The notes beneath the pieces are model-generated. The model searched no databases and was not told the DNA's origin. It saw only the letters and a list, made by a program, of their open reading frames with translations. Positions 18,899 to 28,315 of a DNA stretch of 46,341 nucleotides are shown here, piece by piece (position 1 is the first letter of the stretch; every line of letters begins with the position of its first letter). Source of the stretch: a virus (Duplodnaviria > Caudoviricetes); the IMG/VR virus record IMGVR_UViG_3300020045_005441, positions 1-46,341 of that record, one strand, 5' to 3'. A program made the position numbers and the translations under genes.

Positions 18899-19254
18899 TG
18901 ATTGTAAGGCGGCTTAATAATGACTTTGACATAAGCTTCGGGCATGGCCTTTCGGATTATGCCAGAGACCAAGAGGCGGTGGCACAAAATGTCCGTACTC
19001 GTTTACAATTGCTGCGTGAAGAATGGTTTTTGGATGTTGACGCAGGCGTGCCGTACTTGCAAGAAATCATGGTCAAGCCAGCTAACTTGCCACTGGCAGA
19101 GTCATACATAAAGCAAACAATTATAGACACTGATGGGGTTGATGAATTGAGGAATTTTAGTATGGATTTTGATCGAGAAACGCGCAAGCTGGTAGTGTCA
19201 TCTACAGTGTCAACAATTTACGGAACAACCGACAATATCAAGGTGACGGTATGA
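18898..19254 (+). CDS. Baseplate wedge/sheath initiator (gp25/GPW-like)
   Basis: AVAQNVRTRL...EWFLD...GVPY. Confidence 0.78.
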   Translation: MIVRRLNNDFDISFGHGLSDYARDQEAVAQNVRTRLQLLREEWFLDVDAGVPYLQEIMVKPANLPLAESYIKQTIIDTDGVDELRNFSMDFDRETRKLVVSSTVSTIYGTTDNIKVTV

Positions 19255-20405
19255 CGCAACTAACAAGCACTGGGTTTGACCGCACAAGGCTGGATGAAAT
19301 CCTTGCTGATTTACAAGATGAAATGATCGCTATATTTGGCTCGGATATAGATCTTGAGCCAGACACCACAGACGGGCAAATGCTGGGTATTTTTGCTGGG
19401 TCACAAGACGACCTCACCATGCTTGCCGAGGACGTTTACCATTCGTTTAACCCACAGTCAGCAACTGGGGTCGCCCTTAGTAGGCTTGTACAATTCAATG
19501 GCATAAAAATTCTTGAAGGACGTTATACAAGCGTAATCCTAACGCTTGGCGGAACTAACGGCACTATTGTCCCAGCAGGAAGCCTTGTTGTGAATCCCGC
19601 CACAAACGAAACTTATACCACTCTTGTTAATGGCAATATAGACGGCACTGGTTTTGCAACCGTATCAGCGCAAGCGACTGTTTTTGGCGCACAAACAGCA
19701 GGCATAGGCACAATTACAAAAATTGGAAGCCCGATATTTGGATGGCAAACAGTGACCAACCTAACGGCGGCTGTCCCTGGAAGGCTGGAAGAAACTGACG
19801 AACAATTACGCATACGCAGAGAAAAAAGCACTTCAACCCCGGCACAATCGCTTGTTGAGTCGCTTTATGGCGACCTGTCAAACGACCCAAACGTGGTTCA
19901 AGCGGTCGTGCTTGAAAACAATACCGACATTACCGACGTAAACGGCACGTTGCCGCATGGCATCCATGTAATTGTGCAAGGCGGTATTGATGCAGATATT
20001 GCCCAGTCAATATGGCTTCGCAAATCGTTGGGATGTGGGCTGCAAGGTGCGGTATCGGTATCGGTAAACGACAGCCTTGGTTTTCCGCATACAATTAAAT
20101 TTGACAGACCGACATTAAAGCCAGTGTTTTTGATAATTAACGTCGTGCAAAAATTCGGATGGCCTACAACAGGGGCGGACGACATAAAGGCGGCAATAGT
20201 CGCATGGTCGTTATTGCATCAAAGCATAGGCGTTGAGGTGATACAGTCAAGATTATATGAGCCAGTAAATAGCGTTCCAGGACATTCAGTTACGACACTA
20301 TTACTTGGTTTTTCTGCATCACCTACGCTTGAAAATAACCTTGCAATAGCTTATAACGAACTTGCTACGTTTGACATAACCAACATTATAGTAAATGTGA
20401 CATGA
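19251..20405 (+). CDS. Baseplate J/gp47 family protein
   Basis: ATGVALSRL, GTIVPAGS, GRLEETDEQLRIR. Confidence 0.88.
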   Translation: MTQLTSTGFDRTRLDEILADLQDEMIAIFGSDIDLEPDTTDGQMLGIFAGSQDDLTMLAEDVYHSFNPQSATGVALSRLVQFNGIKILEGRYTSVILTLGGTNGTIVPAGSLVVNPATNETYTTLVNGNIDGTGFATVSAQATVFGAQTAGIGTITKIGSPIFGWQTVTNLTAAVPGRLEETDEQLRIRREKSTSTPAQSLVESLYGDLSNDPNVVQAVVLENNTDITDVNGTLPHGIHVIVQGGIDADIAQSIWLRKSLGCGLQGAVSVSVNDSLGFPHTIKFDRPTLKPVFLIINVVQKFGWPTTGADDIKAAIVAWSLLHQSIGVEVIQSRLYEPVNSVPGHSVTTLLLGFSASPTLENNLAIAYNELATFDITNIIVNVT

Positions 20406-21112
20406 GCCACGAGCTTATAAACCATACTGATATTGGGCTAAGCAGAAGGGCAACCCAATATTATGAAAGCACAAAGTTTATTGCATTCTTACGTGCAATA
20501 TTGGCTTATAACGACACACTTGAAAAAACGCTTGACGATGTCAGCAAAATAACCGACATAGACACGGCAACAGGGGTTAACCTTGATGTCATCGGCTATA
20601 TAGTAGGGATAAGCAGGATAATACCAAGCTCGCTTGCATTAAGCTTTTTCGGGTTTTCAGACAGCGTGCCTGTAGGCATTGTTTTTGGTGAGGATGGCGA
20701 CCTTTCAAAAGGGGCGAGGTTTAGGGAAGAAGGCGAGTCAAGTACTGCAAGCACAGTTCTTAATGACATAGAATATAGGCAGCTAATCCGGGCAAAGATA
20801 ATAAAAAACCATTCTAAAGGCACTGGCGAAGACTTGATTGCTGGCTTAAGGTATTTGTTTGGCACGGATACCATTATAATTGACGACAACCTTGATATGA
20901 CTTTTGACATAGCGATAGGCCGCAACCTAACGTTCGCAGAAAAAGCCTTGCTTAACCTTGACATATTGCCAAGGCCAATGGGCGTGAGAATCAACCAAAA
21001 AGAAACATTTGTGATAAATAACCATTTCGGCTTTTCTGACCAAGCTGGCGCACTTTCGTTTATCGAAGAAGGCGCAGGTTCTGGCGGCGGGGTCTTTTCG
21101 GAGGAGTTTTAA
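20402..21112 (+). CDS. Baseplate wedge protein (DUF2612-like)
   Basis: DIDTATGVNLDVIGYIVGISR, YRQLIRAKIIKN, LPRPMGV. Confidence 0.82.
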   Translation: MSHELINHTDIGLSRRATQYYESTKFIAFLRAILAYNDTLEKTLDDVSKITDIDTATGVNLDVIGYIVGISRIIPSSLALSFFGFSDSVPVGIVFGEDGDLSKGARFREEGESSTASTVLNDIEYRQLIRAKIIKNHSKGTGEDLIAGLRYLFGTDTIIIDDNLDMTFDIAIGRNLTFAEKALLNLDILPRPMGVRINQKETFVINNHFGFSDQAGALSFIEEGAGSGGGVFSEEF

Positions 21113-21115
21113 TAC

Positions 21116-21871
21116 ATGGCAATAATCAAACCACCTGTCCTGCCTGCATGGGCAGACAGCGGCGACAAGACGCAACCAACTAACGGCGAAATAGATGTCG
21201 GTTGGCCTTTAAGCGCAACCCCACCAAGCAGACAGCGGTTTAACTGGATACTTAATTTTTGCGCCAACGCAGTACGTTATTTTAGTCGGCGCGGGATAAG
21301 CGATTATGACGCGGCGGAAACATATATTGTTGGTGACAGGATAATAGGAGACGACGGGAAAACATACCGAAGCCTACAGGCAGCAAACATAAACCATACG
21401 CCAAGTACCTCGCCAACATGGTGGGAAAGGTGGGGGTTTACCGAATCAGATCGAAAGAGATATGCTTTTAGCGTAAACAAAAACAACGTTAACCAAGCAA
21501 TAACAGGGGATGTTGTAACAAAAATAACTTTTTCAACAGAAGAATTTGACCCTGATAACGTATTTGCTTCTTCGACATTCACCTGCCAGGTGGCTGGGGT
21601 TTATTGTTTTACAGTTGGCGTACAACCAGCTACATCTTTTTTAGCAATAATTGTACCAATAATTTACAAAAATGGCGTTGAATTCAGAAGAAGCGGGGTT
21701 CTTAACGATTCAAGTGCAATTGGTACTCCAGTTGCGAATTTTACGGCATTAATTAACCTTGCCGTTGGTGATACAATAGAATTTTATGCCTTGTTCAACA
21801 CAGGAACAGGTGGTGCGCTTAACATTAGCGGCAATACAAAAACTACACATGCAAGCGGATTCAAAATATAA
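21116..21871 (+). CDS. Short tail fibre with CBM-like module and C-terminal C1q-like domain
   Basis: GWP...PPSRQRFNWI anchor; YDAAETYIVGD...TSPTWW; AFSV...FTCQVAGVYCF...LAVGDTIE. Confidence 0.72.
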   Translation: MAIIKPPVLPAWADSGDKTQPTNGEIDVGWPLSATPPSRQRFNWILNFCANAVRYFSRRGISDYDAAETYIVGDRIIGDDGKTYRSLQAANINHTPSTSPTWWERWGFTESDRKRYAFSVNKNNVNQAITGDVVTKITFSTEEFDPDNVFASSTFTCQVAGVYCFTVGVQPATSFLAIIVPIIYKNGVEFRRSGVLNDSSAIGTPVANFTALINLAVGDTIEFYALFNTGTGGALNISGNTKTTHASGFKI

Positions 21872-22007
21872 CTGCAAGCATGAGTTCCGGCATAACCACT
21901 GGTATATTTTTAACAAAATATTCCGGTGGGACTGCCAAAAATGCGGTAAGGAATTTATTTTGAAAAACTACAAAATTGAAATATTGCTTTATGGGAGGGT
22001 GGTATGA
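21849..22007 (+). CDS. Small Zn-ribbon-like protein, copy 1
   Basis: CKHEF...WDCQKCGK; paralog at 25497-25646; start uncertain. Confidence 0.5.
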   Translation: MQADSKYNCKHEFRHNHWYIFNKIFRWDCQKCGKEFILKNYKIEILLYGRVV

Positions 22008-22309
22008 TGCAGTACATCAACGCAGTAATCTATATAGTGGTAGGGCTTATAGGGGCTTTTTTTCATTACTATAAAAAACGGCATAAAGACAATACTACAA
22101 ATTGCACATTTTTGGAATATATCCGTGGCGATTACAAATCAACGCTTTTGGCGTTGGGGGCAATATTTGCATCACAAATAACATTGTCTTTTACCGGAGG
22201 CGAAGATTTCCCGTCATTCCATGAGCTATGGTTGGCAGGGTTATCTGGATATGGTTTTGATTCATTGCTTAATAAAGCACCGGACGCTAAACAAGTGGAG
22301 GTTAGATAA
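22004..22309 (+). CDS. Putative holin
   Basis: 2-3 hydrophobic segments, dual Met start (MM), position in the lysis cassette. Confidence 0.6.
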   Translation: MMQYINAVIYIVVGLIGAFFHYYKKRHKDNTTNCTFLEYIRGDYKSTLLALGAIFASQITLSFTGGEDFPSFHELWLAGLSGYGFDSLLNKAPDAKQVEVR

Positions 22310-22578
22310 TGGAAATGTTTTTGGCAGTAGTAGGGGCAATGGGGGTTGCAATCGTATCGCTTTATTTGGCATACAAGGCCAAGGAAGCAGAACTTAATGA
22401 TGAAAAAAAACGTCAGGCAAAAATATTGCAGGATGAGGCCAACATGGTGATAGAACACCAACGGCTTGCTGACATTGCAGACAAGACGACAAAGATTAAC
22501 CTTGAGGCGAAGCATAAGGAAAACCAAGGCCGCATTGATATGGGTGCGCGTGATTACTTCGACAACGATACGTTATGA
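22309..22578 (+). CDS. Putative inner-membrane spanin (Rz-like)
   Basis: N-terminal TM plus coiled coil, followed by a lipoprotein gene. Confidence 0.6.
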   Translation: MEMFLAVVGAMGVAIVSLYLAYKAKEAELNDEKKRQAKILQDEANMVIEHQRLADIADKTTKINLEAKHKENQGRIDMGARDYFDNDTL

Positions 22579-22814
22579 GGTTTCTTATCATTGCGCTATT
22601 GTTGGCAGGATGCACAACGACAGAAACGAAATACATCAAAGTAAGGCTAACGCATGACCCACGCCCGACATTGCCTAAGATCAGCTCAGATGAGCTTAAA
22701 TGCCTATCACAACAAACCTACCAAAAGCTATACGACCGCGAACGGTTGATACATGGCTGGGCTGTAGGCATGGAAACGACAATTGACAGCACCGGGGGTA
22801 ATGATGGTAATTGA
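22575..22814 (+). CDS. Putative outer-membrane spanin lipoprotein (Rz1-like)
   Basis: Lipobox LLAGC; Pro-containing mature part. Confidence 0.65.
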   Translation: MRFLIIALLLAGCTTTETKYIKVRLTHDPRPTLPKISSDELKCLSQQTYQKLYDRERLIHGWAVGMETTIDSTGGNDGN

Positions 22815-23103
22815 GCAAGATACCGTGAACGCGCTGATAGGCGGGCTATTCACTGGCATGGGCTGGGTGCTTAAGACCCTGTACAGTTCTTTGAAAGACT
22901 TACAGCAAGCCGATTCAAAACTTGCCGACAAGGTACAGAACATTGAATTACTGGTTGCTGGGAAGTATGTTACCAGGGAGGACTTCATCAATTTCAACAA
23001 CGCGATATTTAAAAAATTGGATGACATTGAAGAACGCAAGGATGAGCTTAGTAGGCAGTTAGGCGCATTGTTCCTAAAACTTGATAAATTGGCTGATAGA
23101 TGA
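22801..23103 (+). CDS. Membrane-anchored coiled-coil lysis-region protein
   Basis: TM ALIGGLFTGMGWVL, KYVTREDF motif; precedes the endolysin. Confidence 0.6.
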   Translation: MMVIEQDTVNALIGGLFTGMGWVLKTLYSSLKDLQQADSKLADKVQNIELLVAGKYVTREDFINFNNAIFKKLDDIEERKDELSRQLGALFLKLDKLADR

Positions 23104-23549
23104 ACCAGGAAGCATTAAAAATACTTGCGTTATTGATACAAGAATTCGAAGGGCTGGAGCTTAACGCCTACCTATGCCCGGCAAAAGTATGGACTATCGG
23201 TTATGGGCATACCGAAGACGTGAAGCAAGGCGACTTTATCACCTTGCAAATGGCTAACGACATTTTAAAAAAGGACATGGAAAAGTATTGGGACGGCGCG
23301 TTAAGGCTGTCATACAAACTTGACAAGGCCACCCCTTCACAGCAAGCGGCAATTGTTGATTTTTGTTATAATTGCGGGTTAGGGAACTACGAAAAATCAT
23401 CGTTAAGGCGGTTGGTCGGGATGCAGGACTGGGAAGGCGCGAGCAAAAGCATCTTGAAATGGAACAAGGCCAAGGTAAATGGTGTTCTTACGGTGTTACG
23501 TGGGCTTACACGGCGAAGGATTGCAGAGTCAAAATTACTATTAAAATAG
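23100..23549 (+). CDS. Endolysin, GH24 lysozyme
   Basis: FEGLELNAYLCPAKVWTIGYGHT, FCYNCG, GLTRRRIAE. Confidence 0.92.
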   Translation: MNQEALKILALLIQEFEGLELNAYLCPAKVWTIGYGHTEDVKQGDFITLQMANDILKKDMEKYWDGALRLSYKLDKATPSQQAAIVDFCYNCGLGNYEKSSLRRLVGMQDWEGASKSILKWNKAKVNGVLTVLRGLTRRRIAESKLLLK

Positions 23550-23559
23550 AGGATAAAAA

Positions 23560-24057
23560 ATGAAAAGATTATTATTTACATTGCTTTTTATAGCATCATT
23601 CCAGGCTAGTGCGTGGCAATGGAGAGCTGATAACTTCACTGGATTCATAACCGTTAATGGCAGTGTAGGTGTGTCTGGAAGCGGAGTAAGTGCGATTGAC
23701 ATATATCAACTTGATTGCTCATCAAATACAAATGATACCGACAGGGCAACTGTCGCAGTCAGCGATAACGCACCAATAAAAATTCCAATCATTACTACAT
23801 ACATAAAAAAGGGCACTTATTTTTCACCTTTGGTTTCTGATATTGTAGATGGCTTGGAAAATTGCGGTGCAATTAATTGCAACAAATCATCAATCGAGAC
23901 ATCTTTAATTAAGGGAAAGGGCATTTATTACGTCTACGTAATGAAAAACGCCTACACGGGAACGGTTGCCGCACATAAGGGCGTTGAAAATTATACGATC
24001 TATATGAACTGTAATTACTATTATGGAACGTATGCAACTTTAATTCAAAATCAATAG
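23560..24057 (+). CDS. Secreted Cys-containing hypothetical protein
   Basis: Signal peptide MKRLLFTLLFIASFQASA; GAGGA RBS. Confidence 0.7.
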   Translation: MKRLLFTLLFIASFQASAWQWRADNFTGFITVNGSVGVSGSGVSAIDIYQLDCSSNTNDTDRATVAVSDNAPIKIPIITTYIKKGTYFSPLVSDIVDGLENCGAINCNKSSIETSLIKGKGIYYVYVMKNAYTGTVAAHKGVENYTIYMNCNYYYGTYATLIQNQ

Positions 24058-24065
24058 GTGAAGCC

Positions 24066-24236
24066 ATGAGATTTAAAGTAAATATCCTGATCGAAACAAA
24101 ATTCGGGACAATGAATGATAGGAATTACGAAGAACTTAAGACGGTTTATATTGATACAGCGAATGAAGCCGAAGCACTGGCAACCATCTTGGATGAATTC
24201 CAATCTGTAAAAATCGTTTCCATAGATAAGGCTTAA
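24066..24236 (+). CDS. 56-aa hypothetical protein
   Basis: AGGTG RBS; MRFKVNILIETKFG…VSIDKA translated by hand. Confidence 0.55.
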   Translation: MRFKVNILIETKFGTMNDRNYEELKTVYIDTANEAEALATILDEFQSVKIVSIDKA

Positions 24237-24259
24237 ATTTAACCAATAAAAGGAAAACC

Positions 24260-25441
24260 ATGTTTAAAAAAATACTGTTACCATTGTTACTGGCGTTGTC
24301 TTTCAATGCTTATTCTCTCACCTTTCCGACCATCATCACTGTAACCGGGATTAGTTCTACCAATTCCCTGCCAGCGGCACAATCCAATAGGGTAGCCATA
24401 CAAAGTGCCGTAGATTCATGTACTGACCCGTTAGGCTGTACTGTACGCATTATTGACAAGGATGCTTTTATAGATGCTTGCGTAAGTGCGCGCGGCGTAG
24501 CCGTACCCAACAATGTACGGGTTAGTGTCGAAAGGTCATACTTAAAGGTATATCCAAACAATTGCTCAAAGTACGAGATGTTTCGGTTTTGGGGTAAGCA
24601 TGATTCCGAACTACGATTAGGCGGCACTAGCGCATTAATCGGTGATAAATTGACGCACGTCAATGCTGATATACCGTCTGATTGCGCTGCAACAGACACG
24701 GACGAATGTGGGCATTTAATTAGCATCACTGATTCACAAAATATAGTTGTCTCAGATGGCACTGCTACATTGGCTAATGGCGACGGGATTTACATTGGAG
24801 GTGACAATAGCCTTGGCAATAATATTACGGTTAATTATATGAAGCTAAATAATAACCGTAGACAGGGAATTAGCGTAATTAGCGGGTCTAACATTACGAT
24901 TGAGAAAAACTGGCTGGTAAACACAGGGCAATCAGGGTTTTACGCCCCTCCAGGTTTGGGTCTTGATGCAGAGGTAAATGGCTGTCCTCAACGTGTAATT
25001 AACCTTAAGGTTGTCAATAACTATTTTGGCAATAACATCGGCGGCGGATTTAAAGCTTATTCACCTGTATGCCCTAATGACCGTACCATAACTACCGACG
25101 ATGTTTACCAAAATATGATAGTTTCTGACAATATATTCAATGAAAATGTAGCACCGCTTTCATTTTCTAACGCAATGAATATTATTGCCGAACATAATAC
25201 TATTAAATCTGCAAATAACGATTTCTTTTACTTTGCAGGTGCGGCGGATATTATAGTACGAAGGAATACTGTAAGGAAAACAGGGGCGTTAGGTGGTTAC
25301 TTAGTTGGCGTAGATCAATCAAGGGTAAGCGTAGGAAACTTGGTACAAGACAACGTCTATTTTAATATAGCAAACCCTGTCTGGCCTTCAAATACGCCGG
25401 CTAGTGTGGTGACATTTGATGGCAACTTGTACAGCGATTAA
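24260..25441 (+). CDS. Secreted right-handed beta-helix (pectin lyase-like) protein
   Basis: Signal peptide; GDGIYIG, NNRRQGISVISGSNITI and GLDAE beta-helix motifs. Confidence 0.8.
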   Translation: MFKKILLPLLLALSFNAYSLTFPTIITVTGISSTNSLPAAQSNRVAIQSAVDSCTDPLGCTVRIIDKDAFIDACVSARGVAVPNNVRVSVERSYLKVYPNNCSKYEMFRFWGKHDSELRLGGTSALIGDKLTHVNADIPSDCAATDTDECGHLISITDSQNIVVSDGTATLANGDGIYIGGDNSLGNNITVNYMKLNNNRRQGISVISGSNITIEKNWLVNTGQSGFYAPPGLGLDAEVNGCPQRVINLKVVNNYFGNNIGGGFKAYSPVCPNDRTITTDDVYQNMIVSDNIFNENVAPLSFSNAMNIIAEHNTIKSANNDFFYFAGAADIIVRRNTVRKTGALGGYLVGVDQSRVSVGNLVQDNVYFNIANPVWPSNTPASVVTFDGNLYSD

Positions 25442-25464
25442 TAATTGATTTAATTATGACAAAG

Positions 25465-25492
25465 AAAAGCCTGGGTAATTCCGGGCTTTTTT
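25465..25492. terminator. Bidirectional rho-independent terminator
   Basis: AAAAGCCTGG-N6-CCGGGCTTTTTT near the convergence of the late and early arms. Confidence 0.8.
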
Positions 25493-25496
25493 ATGC

Positions 25497-25646
25497 GTGA
25501 ACAGCTTGCGGTGCAAGCATGAGTTTAAACGTGATGGTTGGGTTAAGGTCGATGGTAATACCCAGTGGCCATGCGCCATGTGCGGAAAAGTTTTTAAGGT
25601 CAAGGATTTTTTGCTTGAGATCATGTTGCATGGGAGGGTAAAGTGA
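25497..25646 (+). CDS. Small Zn-ribbon-like protein, copy 2
   Basis: GTG start; CKHEFKRDGW...WPCAMCGKVFKVKDFLLEIMLHGRVK. Confidence 0.45.
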   Translation: MNSLRCKHEFKRDGWVKVDGNTQWPCAMCGKVFKVKDFLLEIMLHGRVK

Positions 25647-25704
25647 ACAAATATGAATTCTGGCTAAAAATTACCGTTGCCGTGGGTGTTTTGTGCTTGC
25701 TGTC

Positions 25705-26097
25705 TTATGTTGTCGTGGCCGGAAAGGATGCGTCCGTGGCGGGGCTTCTCGTGCACTCGTCCAGCTTGGCTTGCATAGATTTTTCAGCATCGCGCCATAT
25801 TTGCCACGCGTACTGAGTTTCATCATGCATATATCCTTCGCCATTTCGGCAAATGTCCATATTATTTTCTACAGCCCAATTTTCAAAATCTTCGCTGTTG
25901 GTTATAGCATCCGGCTTGGCTTTCACTAACTTATCCAAGGCAACAACTAGGCTATCCTTCATTCCTTCCGCAAACTCAAGGCTTTCATAATAATCGCCAA
26001 TATTAAAGCTTTGGTTATCTATCTTTAACACAACCCTATGTGCATCTGGCTCGTCAGATACGGCAACTGGATAAAGGTTTATTTCGTATTCGCTCAT
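25705..26097 (-). CDS. Hypothetical protein
   Basis: 130-aa ORF; EDFENW...QAKLDE segment shared with other ORFs in this genome. Confidence 0.65.
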   Translation of the reverse strand: MSEYEINLYPVAVSDEPDAHRVVLKIDNQSFNIGDYYESLEFAEGMKDSLVVALDKLVKAKPDAITNSEDFENWAVENNMDICRNGEGYMHDETQYAWQIWRDAEKSMQAKLDECTRSPATDASFPATTT

Positions 26098-26268
26098 TAT
26101 TTCACCACCATCAGCTTATTCGTTGCCCCGCTAAATTCCAGGGATATTGATTCCGACATAACGACTCGCTGGATCAGCACCGGAAGGCCGCGCAGCAGCT
26201 CTGTGGGCATGTCGCCGATTTGTGGTCGGATTTAGGTTTTATGCACCTATTTATGTGTATAAATTTAG

Positions 26269-26832
26269 TTAGGTGTTTGCATCAACAGCATTAAATTCAT
26301 CTTCGTCCAAATAAAACCTTAGCACTTTTGAAAAGATGCTCGTTGCCTCAGTATCTTTTCTTGCTTTGGCCGCTTTGAATTTTGAAATCAATTCAGCAAC
26401 CGTTATTTCTAATACTTGATCGCGGGAAATTCTGATTTCAACCGATCCAATAACATCTAGTTCTTTTTCAATAATTAAATTTGTGTTTTCGATAGGACGT
26501 GTCTGCTCGACGTGATATTCCAACGCGCCAAGGGCTTCGCGCATAATTTCGGCATCCTCTAGCCTCCTATCTTTCATACCAGCACTGTATCCGCGCATAA
26601 ATACTGGCGAATCTTTTTCATGCTTTTCTTTGATAACATTGTCACGACGTTCGTTCCAGAAATGACCAAATCCGATTTCGTTACTTTCAAGAGTGCAGCC
26701 ACAGTCGGTGCATTCAACGATTGCCGATCTTCTTGAGCTTCCGAACTGGACAACATCCGCCTCTCCGCCACAAAATGGGCAAGGTTTTAATTCTTCCTTC
26801 TTGTCTGTCTTCAATTCTTCAATGCTCATCAT
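26269..26832 (-). CDS. Lar-family restriction alleviation Zn-finger protein with C-terminal extension
   Basis: LKPCPFCGG...VECTDCG...WNER. Confidence 0.7.
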   Translation of the reverse strand: MMSIEELKTDKKEELKPCPFCGGEADVVQFGSSRRSAIVECTDCGCTLESNEIGFGHFWNERRDNVIKEKHEKDSPVFMRGYSAGMKDRRLEDAEIMREALGALEYHVEQTRPIENTNLIIEKELDVIGSVEIRISRDQVLEITVAELISKFKAAKARKDTEATSIFSKVLRFYLDEDEFNAVDANT

Positions 26833-27245
26833 TCCCCCGTAAGTAGCTTTGTTGGGTTGCCGTTTTTGTCATAAAGATTAAATTTTATAGCGGCCTTGTC
26901 ATATATTCCAATTCTATGTAGCACATATTCTGCAAACCCGCGCAAAGCTTCAATCTCTTTTGCTTGTGCGTCAAGCTTAGCTTGCATAGCTTCTGTGGTC
27001 GAAATAAAATCCTCAATATCCTTCCGAGCGTGAGCCATGAACTCAAGATTTTCCCAATCCACGCGCATCCATTCAGAACAACCCAGTATTTCGTTATTGT
27101 CACCATCCAAAATACAGTCATCCTCTGCTATGTAATCTTGGCTTACCCATTTAAAACGCCTTATAACTTGTGACGCAGCTCTAGTCGCGTGCCAAGGGCC
27201 TTTTGATGCCGCCGCCAAACGCGCCTTTATTTCTTCAATGTCCAT
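26829..27245 (-). CDS. Ead/Ea22-like hypothetical protein
   Basis: IKARLAAASKGPW...NLEFMAHARKDI. Confidence 0.6.
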   Translation of the reverse strand: MDIEEIKARLAAASKGPWHATRAASQVIRRFKWVSQDYIAEDDCILDGDNNEILGCSEWMRVDWENLEFMAHARKDIEDFISTTEAMQAKLDAQAKEIEALRGFAEYVLHRIGIYDKAAIKFNLYDKNGNPTKLLTGE

Positions 27246-27304
27246 TATTTAACCACCATGAAATTATTAGTTGTTGACGCTAATCGTCGGATGTTTCGTT
27301 TAAA

Positions 27305-27493
27305 TTACTTTATAAACCGTCCACACCAATTTAACCAAGCATTAAGGTAATTCGTCCCAGGTGCAGGCCTTGTGTCGCCTTTGCGGTGTGCGAAATACAG
27401 GCCGTAATTTCCAATCTTTTCAACCTTGCAGATTGGGACTGTTTTAGGTTTGACTGCTTCCCTAGGTGTTTTCCTACGTTCGACTATCATCAC
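27305..27493 (-). CDS. Hypothetical protein
   Basis: GGAGG RBS; coupled to the upstream gene. Confidence 0.5.
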   Translation of the reverse strand: MMIVERRKTPREAVKPKTVPICKVEKIGNYGLYFAHRKGDTRPAPGTNYLNAWLNWCGRFIK

Positions 27494-27726
27494 GACCTCC
27501 TAATATATTTAGCCAACTCTTTCTTGACTTGGTGCAAATCACACCCACCATGATAGACACCAACCAAAGTTTTGTCTTTTGCCCTGATTGCGCCTTTTGT
27601 GCGTGCCGTTTTTGCAAAGACTGTATTAAAATAATCCCCATCTTCTGTGATAAATACTGCAATTGGGCTTGATTCTGGTGCGTCTTTAATGCGTGTTATT
27701 GTATTGCGGAAACCTGACCTGCTCAT
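27490..27726 (-). CDS. Hypothetical protein
   Basis: GGGGAG RBS, 78 aa. Confidence 0.6.
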   Translation of the reverse strand: MSRSGFRNTITRIKDAPESSPIAVFITEDGDYFNTVFAKTARTKGAIRAKDKTLVGVYHGGCDLHQVKKELAKYIRRS

Positions 27727-27750
27727 TTTATACTCCCCGGAAAAGTGTAA

Positions 27751-27772
27751 GCCTAGGTAATATTACCTAGGC
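27751..27772. repeat. Perfect 22-bp palindrome GCCTAGGTAATATTACCTAGGC
   Basis: Read directly; intergenic. Confidence 0.9.
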
Positions 27773-27790
27773 CATGTATGGACTATTGTT

Positions 27791-28177
27791 TTAATGCCAA
27801 GCACAAACGCTTTTGTTCAAGTCTTTCCATTTGTTATTCCCCCATGAAAACCATGCAGAATGGACACGATCAAAATATGAAATGTTTTCAAGGTTGTTTT
27901 GAGAATAAACGGTAAACCATTCGCGAGACCATTTTAAATCCGTGCAATTTACATGGTATGTGGCAAGTACGCTTTTGTATTGATGGCCTTCAAAAACCTC
28001 GGGTTCTGGATTGATAACTTCTGCTTTCGCTTGGTATAACAATGTACCGTCTTGATTCCGGTGTATCCCGGCATAATTTACCGACATTATGATTTTGTCG
28101 GTATGTACGACCTCAATCCATTCCGCATTAGCAGAAAAAGACAAGGTTAAAAGTAAAGCCAATAATAATTTTTTCAT
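27791..28177 (-). CDS. Secreted protein, surface-adhesin-E-like fold possible
   Basis: Signal peptide MKKLLLALLLTLSFSANA-EW; YHVNC and C-terminal VC. Confidence 0.65.
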   Translation of the reverse strand: MKKLLLALLLTLSFSANAEWIEVVHTDKIIMSVNYAGIHRNQDGTLLYQAKAEVINPEPEVFEGHQYKSVLATYHVNCTDLKWSREWFTVYSQNNLENISYFDRVHSAWFSWGNNKWKDLNKSVCAWH

Positions 28178-28315
28178 TTTTTGTTCCTCGGTTAAATTTA
28201 AATGTTGTTTAGGTTTGATGTGCTATCAAACTTGTAATAATGATAGCACACCTATTAAATTAATACAATAATTTATTTATTTAATATATGGTAATAATGC
28301 CAAGTATTTTGTGTA

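Noticed and set aside
21116-21871. Diversity-generating retroelement or invertible tail-fibre system
   Set aside because: No reverse transcriptase, invertase or template/variable repeat pair was seen.
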